Positions 47,828 to 59,916 of a DNA stretch of 64,000 bases are shown here, one piece after another; positions within the stretch are counted from its first letter, which is position 1; every line of letters begins with the position of its first letter. Position numbers and translations under genes: made by a program. The notes under the pieces were generated by a model. The model saw nothing but the letters and a program-made list of their open reading frames with translations, searched no databases and was not told the DNA's origin. Source of the DNA: Ranitomeya imitator (Eukaryota); the NCBI RefSeq assembly GCF_032444005.1, contig NC_091286.1:493954001-494018000 (forward strand). The letters are read 5' to 3'.

Positions 47828-48944
47828 CAGTGAGGAAAATAAGTATTTGGTACACTGCCAGTTTTTGCACATTTTTCCACCCACAAAGAATGGAGAGATC
47901 TGTAATTTTTATCGTAGGTACACTTCAACTGTGAGAGACAGAATCTTTAAAAAACACAAACAAAACCAGAGAAAATCACATTGTATGATTTTTACGTAAT
48001 TAATTTGTATTTTATTGCATGAAATAAGTATTTGATACAATAGAAAAAGAGAACTTAATATTTGGTACAGAAACCTTTGTTAGCAATTACAGAGGTCAGA
48101 CATTTCCTGTAGTTCTTGACCAAGTTTACACACACTGCAGCAGAGATTTTGGCCCAGTCCTCCATACAGATCTTCTCCAGATCTTTCAGGTTTTGGTGCT
48201 GTCGCTGGGCAACATTGAGTTTCAGCTCCCTCCAAAGATTGTCTATTGGGTTCAGGTCTGGAGACTGGCTATGCCACTCCAGGACCTTGAATTTTTTCTT
48301 ATGGAGCCACTCCTTAGTTGCCCTGGCTGTCTGTTTCTGTCTGGTTATTGTCATGCTGGAAGACCCAGCCACGACCCATCTTCAATGCTCTTACTGAGAG
48401 AAGGAGATTGTTGGCCACAATCTTGCGATACATAACCCCATCCATTCTCTCCTCAATGCAGTGCAGTCGTCCTGTCCCCTTTGCAGAAAAGCATCCCCAA
48501 GGTCTGATGTTTCCCTCTCCATGCTTCATGGTTGGGACTGTGTTCTTGAGGGTGTACTCATCCTTTTTCCAAACACAGCAAGTGGAGTTGATACCGAAAA
48601 GTTCTATTTTGACCAGCAAAAATACTTATGCTGGCTAACAGATGTAAATCATTCAGCTGTGGCAAGAAAAACTTAATCTCCGAGCACTAAAAAATACTCG
48701 GATGACCCCCGGGGGTGCTCGAGAAATCTCGAGTAACGAGTATATTTGCTCATCACTAGTTGGAAGGGGATCAAATACTTATTTCTCACTGGAAAATGCA
48801 AATAAATTTATATAATTTACACAATGTGATTTTCTGGATTTTATTTTTGATATTCTATCTCTCAATGATAAAATTATACACTGTTCTTGGGCAAACTTAC
48901 AAAATCAGCAAGGGATCAAATACCGGTACTTATTTCCCCCACTG
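47828..48944 (-). mobile_element. Internally deleted Tc1 element with transposase C-terminal remnant
   Basis: TA|CAGTGAGGAAAATAAGTATTTG ... TACTTATTTCCCCCACTG|TA. Minus-strand motifs [27 protein letters not shown] and KGFCTKY. A MITE end is inserted at about 48680-48758. Confidence 0.88.
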
Positions 48945-49178
48945 TATACTGTAAATACTGTTCCCTGCCTCACTTATACCTTCTGTGTTAGTGCTGTATA
49001 CAGACACAAGGTAGCTGTGCTATGTAATATACCGTATGTGTTTTCTTCCTCGCTCATTCCTCCTGTGCAGGTTCTTGCGGGCTGAATGACAGCTTTCCAG
49101 CAGTGACAGTAATGCAATCTACACGATGTCTTCAACAGCGTAAAGAACATGACTCCTGATCTTACTTTGCTTTCTTAA

Positions 49179-49905
49179 GGTACCGTCACATTAAGCGACG
49201 CTGCAGCGATCTAGACAACGATGCCGATCGCTGCAGCGTCGCTGTGTGGTCGCTGGAGAGCTGTCACACAGACAGCTCTCCAGCGACCAACGATGCCGGT
49301 CCCCTGGTAACCAGGGTAAACATCGGGTTACTAAGCGCAGGGCCGCGCTTAGTAACCCGATGTTTACCCTGGTTACCAGCGTAAACGTAAAAAAAACCAA
49401 ACGTAAAAAAAAACAAACACTACATACTTACATTCCAGTGTCCTCCGGCGCTGTGCTTTCCTGCACTGTCAGCGCCGGCCAGCCGTAAAGCGCAGCCGTG
49501 ACGTCACCGCTGTGCTTTAAGGCTGGCCGGCGCTCACAGCCAGTGCAGGAAAGCACAGCGCCGTAGGACAGACACCGGAAGGTAAGTATGTAGTGTTTTT
49601 TTTTTTTTTTACATTTACACTGGTAACCAGGGTAAACATCGGGTTACTAAGCGCGGCCCTGCGCTTAGTAACCCGATGTTTACCCTGGTTACCAGTGAAG
49701 ACATCGCTGAATCCGCGTCACACACGCCGATTCAGCGATGTCTGCGGGAGGTCCAGCGACAAAATAAAGTGCTGGACTTTCTGCTCCGACCAACGATGTC
49801 ACAGCAGGATCCTGATCGCTGCTGCCTGTCAAACTGAACGATATCGCTATCCAGGACGCTGCAACGTCACGGATCGCTAGCGATATCGTTCAGTGTGACG
49901 GTACC
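49179..49905. mobile_element. Full-length palindromic MITE, GGTACCGTCACA family
   Basis: TTAA|GGTACCGTCACA ... TGTGACGGTACC|TTAA, with multiple internal inverted repeats. Confidence 0.9.
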
Positions 49906-50084
49906 TTAAGTGGAGTAGACAGCAATCACGACACCGCTAAAGACAAAGTTACTACTTCATTGTGACTTATTGGAAGCATGGAGGATTTTATTATTTCATT
50001 ACTAAGGAGTAACGTTTCTTGTGGAGAGTGACAAGCCAGACCTGGCATGTCAGAGTGAGGAGACTTATATGCCATGCATTCTCC

Positions 50085-50410
50085 TTTGGGAAATTAAATA
50101 TGCAAATTGCCTCTTCAGAGATGAAGAGGACTAGAATTCTATTGCCATCTGGCTTGTCACTCTCACAAGGAGAAACGTTACCCCTTGGGGTCCCAGTCTT
50201 AAGCCTCTCAACCAGCCAAATAAGATCTTATACTTTGCGCTACCCCAAGAACCCTGTCTGCAAGTTGAGATTCTGGTTTGACTTTTTCCTAAGTCATATG
50301 GCAAGTCTCGTTAAAGGGTCGATAATTACTTTTAGAATTGCTGCTTTCAATAGGTGGCACCACAGTTATGGTCCTTTTCCTCTCTGAAGAGGCAATTTGT
50401 ATAAATTATT
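50085..50410. repeat. Degenerate palindromic interspersed repeat
   Basis: Inverted ATATGCAAATTGCCTCTTCAGAGA / TCTCTGAAGAGGCAATTTGTATA. Confidence 0.5.
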
Positions 50411-51498
50411 TGGTTACAAAACTCTGAGGTCAAGTGAGGTCACCGAAGGAAGTACAGCTGCAACCTGCCAAATATTAATGCCTCTTGCTCACTGGGGTCT
50501 GCTGGTACGTATACACACTGTGATTGAAAACCGGGGAACACACAAAATGTTTCTGTGGAAAGCTGATAGACTCATACACAACTTATACAATCTTTAGCTA
50601 TAAGGAGCAGCACATTCTGGGTCAAAAATGTTAATGCTGCTAACACAAATTTTGTTTTTTAGAAAGTTTGCTGCTTCAGTTTTTATCTTGGCAATTTGCA
50701 TTAATTCAAGATTGTTATGAAGAATAATCAGATGAATTGCAAAAAAATCATAAAAAAAAAATTTGCACTGAATTTCAGCCCTAACATCATTTGAGTGATC
50801 TTCTCATTAGCTCAGAAGAAGATGTTAACAAGGACAAGGTAGCTGATAGCACTCTGTTGTACTTAATGAATTAATAGTAGCAGACTGGTTGCTCTAGAAT
50901 TTGGCTGTTGCTTGAAATCATTGTCGTCTTCTGTTACCTCTAAGAAAACAAGTGCAGTCCTCTGCTGTGCATGAAAAGGGCTTTACAGCAAGGGCATTGC
51001 CCCTAAAGCAATTTATCGGAAAATCAAGAACTTCAAAGGGAGAGGTTCAATTGCTGTGAAGAATGCTGAATGTAAAGAATAACCCTTCCCCAATTACAAA
51101 TACGGTATATGGATTATAATCTAGTGTGCTGGAAGCTGAAGACAAGAAAAGCCAAGAGTTAGGGTCCATCTGAAATGGACATGCTGAAGGTTTTCACAGA
51201 TATTGTTTGTCTTTACCTTAACCTTTATGTGGAGACCATAAATGCTTGTGGATTCCATTGTTAAGTTTGGTATTGGGCCCAGTACTTTGCAGTTATGCCT
51301 TTGTTATATATGTGGTCTGGTATTTTTGACAGTAGTACAATAGTAAGTTTGAGTTTACATAATTTTAACATAAAGCAATTTTTGTCAAAAGCATCTCTAA
51401 TTCAACCATTTCATCAGAACATCAATACTCTCCTTGTGATAGGTATAAAAATAATTATAGATTGGTGAGTGATTCTACATAATTACCCTGCAAAGTAA

Positions 51499-51856
51499 GG
51501 CCATGTGCACACGTTCAGGATTTCTCGCAGAAAATTCCTGAGAAAAACCTGAAATTCTCTGCAAGAAATCCGCAAGAAACCTGCATGCGTTTTTGCCGCG
51601 TTTTTTTCTGGACATTTCCCAATGCATTTTGTAGTGGGAAATCCGCAAAAAAACCACGCAAAATTAAAGAACATACTGCGTCTTTTACCGCAATGCGTTT
51701 TTTTCGCGGAAAAAAACGCATCATGTGCACAAAACATGAATTCATTCTAAATGATGGGATGCTTATTGTATGTGTTTTTTTGCGGTTTTATAGCGTTTTT
51801 ATCGGGAAAAAACGCAAAAAAAACCCGCGAAAAAACAGCTACGTGTGCACACAGCC
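51499..51856. mobile_element. PIF/Harbinger-like MITE
   Basis: TAA|GGCCATGTGCACACGT ... ACGTGTGCACACAGCC|TAA. Confidence 0.85.
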
Positions 51857-52377
51857 TAAGGGTTGTCCCAACTGTGCCGATGTGTATGCCGTGTAACGCT
51901 TACGACTTTAGGATGCTTACATTATCTTTATCATTAGCGTCAAGCTGGTCAGGTCTAACAATATTGTGGAGTGTGAAGGACTTGCCTGTAAATAGTTGCA
52001 ATACTAATGTGCTATTAACAGTGACCATACTGATATTCTATAGCTAATGACTATGGCACATATTATATTATATCAATTTACCACAAAACACTGCAGTGCT
52101 GTTCGCATGTGAATTTATCACCCGGGGCATCAGAACTTGAACATCGACATTGTGCGCGGCTACAAATATGTCCATTGCTTCTGAGTATCCCATCCATTAT
52201 GATGGATTTTCTTCTAGGAATTAAGTGCATTATAGTCATTGCATCGCGTCATTATTGTACTGCAGCCATTTATAGATGGATGAAATATGGTTCTTATTAG
52301 CTACAGCAGGTACAATGGCTCATTGATCTGTATTATCTGAGAGTTTAGTCCTGTCCTGTCAAAAAATTATGCATATA

Positions 52378-52825
52378 CACTGCTCAAAAAATAAAGGGAA
52401 CGCTTAAACAACAGAATATAGCTCCGAGTAAATCAAACTTCTGTAAAATCAAACTGTCCACTTAGGAAGCAGCACTGTTTGACAATCAATTTCACATGCT
52501 GTTGTGCAAATGGAATAGACAACAGATGGAAATTATTGGCAATTATCAAGACACACTAAATAAAGGAGTGGTTCTGCAGGTGGGGATCACAGACCATATC
52601 TACATACCAATGCTTTCTGGCTGATGTTTTGGTCACTTTTGAATGTTGTTTGTGCTATCACACACGTGGTAGCATGAGATGGACTCTACAACCCACACAA
52701 ATGGCTCAGGTAGTGTAGCTCATCCGGGATGGCACATCAGTGCGAGCTGTGGCAAGAAGGTTTGCTGTATCTGTCAGCGTAGTGTCCAGAGGCTGGAGGC
52801 GCTACCAGGAGACAGGCCAGTACAC
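52378..52825 (+). mobile_element. 5' fragment of a Tc1 element, truncated at a Helitron junction
   Basis: TA|CACTGCTCAAAAAATAAAGGGAAC TIR. Transposase N-terminus from 52674 ([14 protein letters not shown]...[28 protein letters not shown]). Confidence 0.8.
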
Positions 52826-54640
52826 CATCGGGTATTCTAGAATATGCATGTCCACGTAGTATATTGCACAGCCCACGTAGTATATTGAACAGCCACGTAG
52901 TATATTGCCCAACCACGTAGTATATTGCCCAGTCACGTACTATATTGCCCAGTGACGTAGTATATTGCCCAGCCACATAGTATATTGCCCAGCCACGTAG
53001 TATATTGCCCAGTCACGTAGTATATTGCCCAGTCACGTACTATATTGCCCAGTCACGTACTATATTGCCCAGCCACGTACTATATTGCCCAGTCACGTAC
53101 TATATTGCCCAGTCACGTACTATATTGCCCAGCTACATAATATATTGCCCAGCCACGTAGTATATTGCCCAGCCACGTAGTATATTGCCCAGTCACATAC
53201 TACGTGGCTGGGCAATATAGTATGTGACTGGGCAATATACTACGTGGCTGGGCAATATACTACGTGGCTGGGCAATATATTATGTAGCTGGGCAATATAT
53301 TATGTAGCTGGGCAATATAGTACGTGACTGGGCAATATAGTACGTGACTGGGCAATATAGTACGTGGCTGGGCAATATAGTACGTGACTGGGCAATATAG
53401 TACGTGACTGGGCAATATACTACGTGACTGGGCAATATAGTACATTACCCAGCCACGCACTATATTGCCCAGTCACGTACTATATTGCCCAGTCACGTAC
53501 TATATTGCCCAGTCACGTACTATATTACCCAGCCACGTAGTATATTGCCCAGCCACATAGTATATTGCCCAGCCACGTAGTATATTGCCCAGTCACGTAC
53601 TATATTGCCCAGTCACTTACTATATTGCCCAGTCACGTACTATATTGCACAGCCCACATAGTATATTGCCCAGCCACGTAGTATATTGCCCAACCACGTA
53701 GTATATTGCCCAGTCACGTACTATATTGCCCAGCCACGTAGTATATTGCCCAGCCACGTAGTATATTGCCCAACCACGTAGTATATTGCCCAGTCACGTA
53801 CTATATTGCCCAGCCACGTAGTATATTGCCCAGCCACGTAGTATATTGCCCAGCCACGTAGTATATTGCCGAGTCACATACTATATTGCCCAGCCACGTA
53901 GTATATTGCCCAGTCACGTAGTATATTGCCCAGTCACATAGTATATTGCCCAGTCGCGTAGTATATTGCACAGCCCGTGTAGTATATTGCACAGCCCGCG
54001 TAGTATATTGCACAGCCCACGTAGTATATTGCACAGCCCGTGTAGTATATTGCACAGCCCGTGTAGTATATTGCACAGCCCGCGTAGTATATTGCACAGC
54101 CCGCGTAGTATATTGCACAGCCCACGTAGTATATTGCACAGCCCGCGTAGTATATTGCACAGCCCACGTATTATATAGCAATGTGGGCATCATATCCCTG
54201 TTAAAAAAAAGAATTAAAATAAAAAATAGTTATATATCACCCTCTGTTGGCCCCTGGATCCAGGAAGCGTTTACAGACGCTCCTCGCGCGCTCCGGTCTC
54301 AAGAGTGCATTGCGGTCTCACGAGATGATGACGTAGCGGTCTCGCGAGACCGCTACATCATCATCTCGCGAGATCGCAATGCATGGACTGGTCACCGGAG
54401 CGTGACTGGAGGGGAGTATGGAGCGGGCACTGACTGCAGGGAGGAAGGAGCGGCCATGTTGCCGCCGGACTGTGCCCGTCGCTGATTGGTCGTGGCAATG
54501 GTCGTGGGCGTTTTGCCACGACCAATCAGCGACTTGGATTTCCATGACAGACAGAGGCCGCGACCAATGAATATCCGTGACAGAAAGACAGACAGACAGA
54601 AAGACAGACGGAAGTGACCCTTAGACAATTATATAGTAGA
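52826..54640 (-). mobile_element. Non-autonomous Helitron-like element, relative of 25976-27317, 3' end truncated, with a 20-21-bp minisatellite
   Basis: Shares CATCGGGTATTCTAGAATATG and the terminal GAAGT(G/-)ACCC.TTAGAC.ATTA...AGAT. Array (TAGTATATTGCCCAGCCACG)n. Confidence 0.75.
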
Positions 54641-54879
54641 TAAACAAAGTAACTCCACTTCAATTCCCTAACCCACCCAAACCCAAGTCCCAATATTCCA
54701 GAGAGGACTATTTTCATTTTCAGAGCAATTCTAGAATAACAGTAGGGTGCTGTTTCCACTGGTGATCACAGGAAGGTAGACAAAAAAACAGGGGGGGGGG
54801 GGGGGGAATTTTAGCACGTCCTTCTTTGGGAAAATATAATTTCTTTATTAGAACAAGGTTAAAACATTTTTAAAAAAAT

Positions 54880-55970
54880 GGGCCAGACAAAATTGTTGGC
54901 ACCCTCAACTTACTGGTTGCACACACTTTGGAATAAATAACTGCAATCAATCTCTTCCTATAATCATCATCATCAAGCTTCTTACATCTCTCAACTGTAA
55001 TTTTGGACCTCTCTTCTTTTGCAAACTGCCCCAGGTCTCTCATATTTGATGGGTGCCTTCTCCCAACAGCAATTTTAAGATCTCATTGGCTACTTTAGAA
55101 GTCTCCAGCGCTTTGTTTCCATCCATTTGTCATGCTCGGACCCGGGTATGTCTGGTGGACGACATAGCATATAAGTACAACTAGATGGAAAAAGGAGAGG
55201 AACGCCCAAACAGTTGGGAGCGGGGGATTGGGACACCTCCTGACACAAACCTGTCCCTTTTCATAAGCTTCCCCGATGCTCTACGTGGGTCCACCCTGCC
55301 ACCACGTGCCTAGTCCTGGACTGTGACCCTTACTAACCCTGGCTAGTGCACAGGCCATCAAGGACGCTAGCCTCACCACTGCAGATTAAATTACACAGGG
55401 AAAGAGACAAACATTGGACACTTTAAAGGATACTACCCAGCTCAGAATCTGCTACTAAGCTCCACAGAGTAAACAGAACCAGGATAACAGAACTCCAACA
55501 GCGGCAATATCGCAGTCACAGGCGAGCTCCTCACACCTAGCTGGTCTGCATAGAATACAACTCTATGACTGACAATTAGCTGATGGGTCATGTGAATATT
55601 TAAGGGGAGGTGGGAGTGGTTACCAACTAAATTCAGCTGACCAGCCTAAAAGAAACTACCAGCAAGAGACTGACATTAACTCTTGCTGGACCAAAGGAAA
55701 AAACATTTAAATTTCAGTAGACCCAGAGCTGCCATGAATCCCTTAGTGAGTGGGTGCTTCTTGAAGTATGTTTGGGGTCATTGTCCTGCTGGAAGACGCA
55801 TGACCTAGGATACAAACCCAACTTTCTGACACCGGGCACTACATTGCAACCCAAAATCCTTTAGTAATCATCAAATTTCATGATGCCTTGCAAATAGTCA
55901 AGGCACCCAGTTCCAAAGGCAGCAAATTAACTCTGAAACATCTTTGAACCTCCACCATATTTGACTTCCT
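54880..55970 (-). mobile_element. Decayed Tc1 fragment split by an insertion
   Basis: Tc1-like transposase 3' sequence (e.g. TTTGGGGTCATTGTCCTGCTGGAAGAC, which reads VFQQDNDPK on the minus strand) lies on both sides of 55128-55748. Confidence 0.65.
55128..55748. mobile_element. Possible solo LTR
   Basis: An insertion of about 620 bp starting TGTCATG interrupts continuous Tc1 sequence and contains a TATTTAA box. The 3' end and TSD are unclear. Confidence 0.45.
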
Positions 55971-57173
55971 CTAAACGCCGGTCCTGACTGTAGCAAGGGC
56001 TTATTTTTGGAGTATGGCTTATATGCCAAGCATACTCCTAAAATCCTGTAAAATTAGGGCTTATTTTGGGGGTAAGTCTAATTTTCGGGCAAACACCGCA
56101 GTTATAACCCTGTAGTAACGCCGCCACGGATATGCTAACCCCACAATGTCTCTGTTCAAACTCTCCGGTATTATGAAACATATATTCTATACAGCGAGTG
56201 AACTAATCTCATTATTTCATCTTTAATATCCTCCTTTTTTAATTTTTTTTTTTTAGAAAGAAACTTGACATAATCAGCCACGTTAAACAAAGAAAGGAAT
56301 TACGGTAATCGTGAGATTGTCATTGCGCACTTTCTATTTCTGCTTTTGTTTGAGGTTGTTACAGACGGCATGGTTTAATTATGTGAAATCGTGCATCAGA
56401 AAACCAATGTGTTTTGTGTTATTCTTAGTTGAAAAATGTGTTTTCTCAAGCTGAAAGTGTATCCAGAGAGGAGTCATTAATTAGTAGCTAACGTCGTGCT
56501 GCCTTCTGGGCCCTCGCAGAGTGTTACATGATAGAAATGCTCTTTTCATTTTACTCTCCAGATTTAGATGTCGTTCCTTTCAGGTTACTATCACTGCAGA
56601 CTAATGTGTGCTGAGTAGTGCTGGATATACACCTACTGTTTCTGCAGACATGGCCAAAAATCTTGGTTTTCACTAAGTTTGATGCTTCAGTGTTTTGGAT
56701 ATTTTAGACAGATGTTTCTTTGGTTGCTAGGATACAATTATAAACTTTTCATAATAAAAGTATAACAACGTAACATATAAATCAAGTTTATGCAAAAACT
56801 CTATTTTTATAGTGTTGTCCCGTATATTTCAAGATTTCTGCAGTTCGCCCTGACAGCTCTCAGATGATATCTATAGAACACAAGTGGAATAAATTAACAT
56901 ATGATGGGGAGATATATACAGTAATTTATTACTGTAGAAGTTAATGTTTTGAGGAATACAATAATGTACTTTTTTATTTCTTTTCACCTGTGGTTATGCT
57001 TATTTTGCTTGACTTTATACTTGCCACCTCACCCCCCCCCCCCCCCCATTATATTACAATCTGTGTTTAAACATTTTTGTAATCCGATTTGTGTGTGATG
57101 CGTTAACACTAAATAGTCCAAGTTGGTGAAGTGAGAAAAATATACCAGGCAATTAAATTTATGGGATCAAATA

Positions 57174-58417
57174 CCGTATATACTCGAGTGTAAGCCGACT
57201 TGAGTATAAGCCGACCCCCCTAATTTTGCCACAAAAAAACTGGGAAAATGACTTGAGTATAAGCCTAGGGTGGGAAATGCAGCAGCTACTGGTAAATTTC
57301 AAAAATAAAAATAGATATCAATAAAAGTAAAATTAATTGAGACGTCAGTAGGCTAAGTGTTTTTGAATATCCATTATAAATCAGGAGCCCCATATAATGC
57401 TCCATAAAGTTTATGATGGCCCCATAAGATGCTCCATATTAAAATATGCCCCATATAATCCTGCATAAAGGTTAATAATGGCCCCATAAGATGCTCCATA
57501 GACACATTTGCCCAATATAATGCTGCACAAAAGCTGATTATGGCCCTATAAGATGCTCCATAACGATATTTGCCCCATATAGTGCTGCACAAACCTGGAT
57601 TATGGCCCCATAAGATGCTCCATACAAACACTTGCCCCATACACCGTAATGCTCCACAAACGTTCATTATGGCCCCATACAGACACTTGCCCCATATAGT
57701 GCTGCACAAACGTTATGGCCCCAGACAGACACTTGAACCATATAGTGCTGCACAAACGTTATGGCCCCATAAGATGCTCCATACAAACACTTGCCCCATT
57801 TGCTGTTGCTGCGATAAAAAAAAATCACATACCTCTCCGTCGCTCAGGCCCCCAACACTTTCAATATTTACCTGCTCCTCGTTCTGGCGCTGCTCCATCT
57901 TCAGCATCTTCTGCACTGACGTTCAGGCAGAGGGCACACACTAACCACATCACCGCCCCCTCTGACCTGAGCGTCACTTCAGAACACGCTGAAGACGGAG
58001 CGGCGCCGGAATGAGGAGCAGGTGAATATCGCGCAGCACAGCGCTCCCCTCCCCGTTATACTCACCTGCTCCTGGCGCTGTGCAGTCCCTGCTTCCCCAA
58101 CCCCGCAGCTTCATCCTGTACTGAGCGGTCACCGTTACCGCTCATTACAGTAATGAATATGCGGCTCCACCTCCAGTAGAGGTGGAGCCGCATATTCATT
58201 ACTGTAATGAGCGGTGCCATGTGACCGCTCAGTAAAGGAAGAAGCTGGGGAGTTGAGGACCTGCAGGGACCGCGCCAGGAGTAGGTGAGTATAATTTCAC
58301 AGCCCCCACTCCCCCTCCCCTGCCGTCCCCTGGGTATGACTTGAGTATAAGCCGAGAGGGGGCTTTCAGCCCAAAAAAATGGGCTGAAAATCTCGGTTTA
58401 TACTTGAGTATATACGG
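57174..58417. mobile_element. Non-autonomous Tc2/pogo-like element with an internal minisatellite (about 57380-57800)
   Basis: TA|CCGTATATACTCGAGT ... ACTTGAGTATATACGG|TA, with internal GGCCCCATAAGATGCTCCATA repeats. Confidence 0.88.
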
Positions 58418-59916
58418 TAACTAAAAATTGGCATGTGCATATGTATTGGGCAGAAAAAAAACCTTTATTTATGCCAAAAATTGTAAGATTGTGTGGACAC
58501 GGTGTGTTTTTGATGTGATTCGCGGATGTTTTTTCGGCGCGGAAATTGGCCAAAAACACTATGGAGTCTTTATACAAGCTAATTTTTTCTGCAGCATGTC
58601 AGTTCATCGTGTGTTTCTGCAGCGTTTTTCACCCATTGACTTCAATTGAAACGCAGGTATAAAAATGTTTGCGGATTTGCTGAATTTTAGTTTCCGTTTT
58701 CACGTACTTCCTATGGTGTTTCCCAAGCTGTCATGTATGTGACAGCGTGGGAAACACCGGCATGGTGGTTCTTATTGGCGGTAACACTACCGCCAGTAAG
58801 ACCATCGGTCAGAGCGCTGCGGGGTCACGCTGTCAGATGTCAGCGTGACCCTGCAGCTGTGACTGTGACCTGCAGCGGTGACCTGCGGTAAAAAGTTTAC
58901 AGCAGGTGTGGTCTGATGAAACTACTGCTCCCGTCAGGCTATGTCTAGTGTCAGTGATAACAGTGAAAGCAGGTGCCACTGATGTGAGACGTAGTCTCAT
59001 CAGCTGGCGCCTGTGCTCACAGTTGAAAAAAAAAAGTAAAATAGTTACATACATATTCAAATAAAAATAAAAAGCACTTTATACTCACCTAACGCCAAAT
59101 CCCAGACATCCTTTTCTCCTAGAAAAAAATCCAAAATAATAAGCAAGCATATACTTTCCTGACCGCCGTAGTCCTCGTAATCCTTAGTGTCCCATCGCGA
59201 TCTCATGTATAGGGCAGTCACATTGAGAGTTGTGACTGCTCTACCCGACAGCCGGCAATACAATGACAGGAGGTAATCGCTCCTGCAGTGTATCACTGAG
59301 CTGCCGTGAGAGAGTTCATCGGAGTTTATCAGCTGATCAGCTACGGTGCTCTCACAGCACCACCGCTGCATGAGAACTTTCTCACGGCAGCTCAGTGCTA
59401 TGCACTGCTGTAGCGATCACCTCCTGTCAGTGTCCTATCAGTGACTGCTCTCAAAGTCATCAGGATTGTCATGGGACAATATGTATTATCTTCTCTTAGG
59501 ACTGGTGAGTAATATTGTGGTTTATTATTTTATTTATTTTGCAGGAGATGTTGGCGTCAGTGGATTAGGCATTCGGTGAGTATGGTTTAATTAAGATTCT
59601 TCAAAGAAGGCTGTCATTATTTCAAATAAAGGACTTTATTCTGGATGTGTGTTTGTTTTTTTTTTTTTTTTTACAATATCACTATGGGGTTACTAATGGA
59701 TAGGTGTCTTATAGACGCCTCTCCATTACTAATCTGTGGCCTTGATGTCACCTGACTATACAATACAAAGGTAACACCACACATGAACCTCACAAATATG
59801 AATCCCACTTGCCACCGCTACAAGGCAAGCGAGGCTAAGTGCCAGATTTGGCACATATATGCATCTTTTCTGGGGCGGCTGAGAGCTGATGTTTTTAGTC
59901 TGGGAGGGGACCAATA

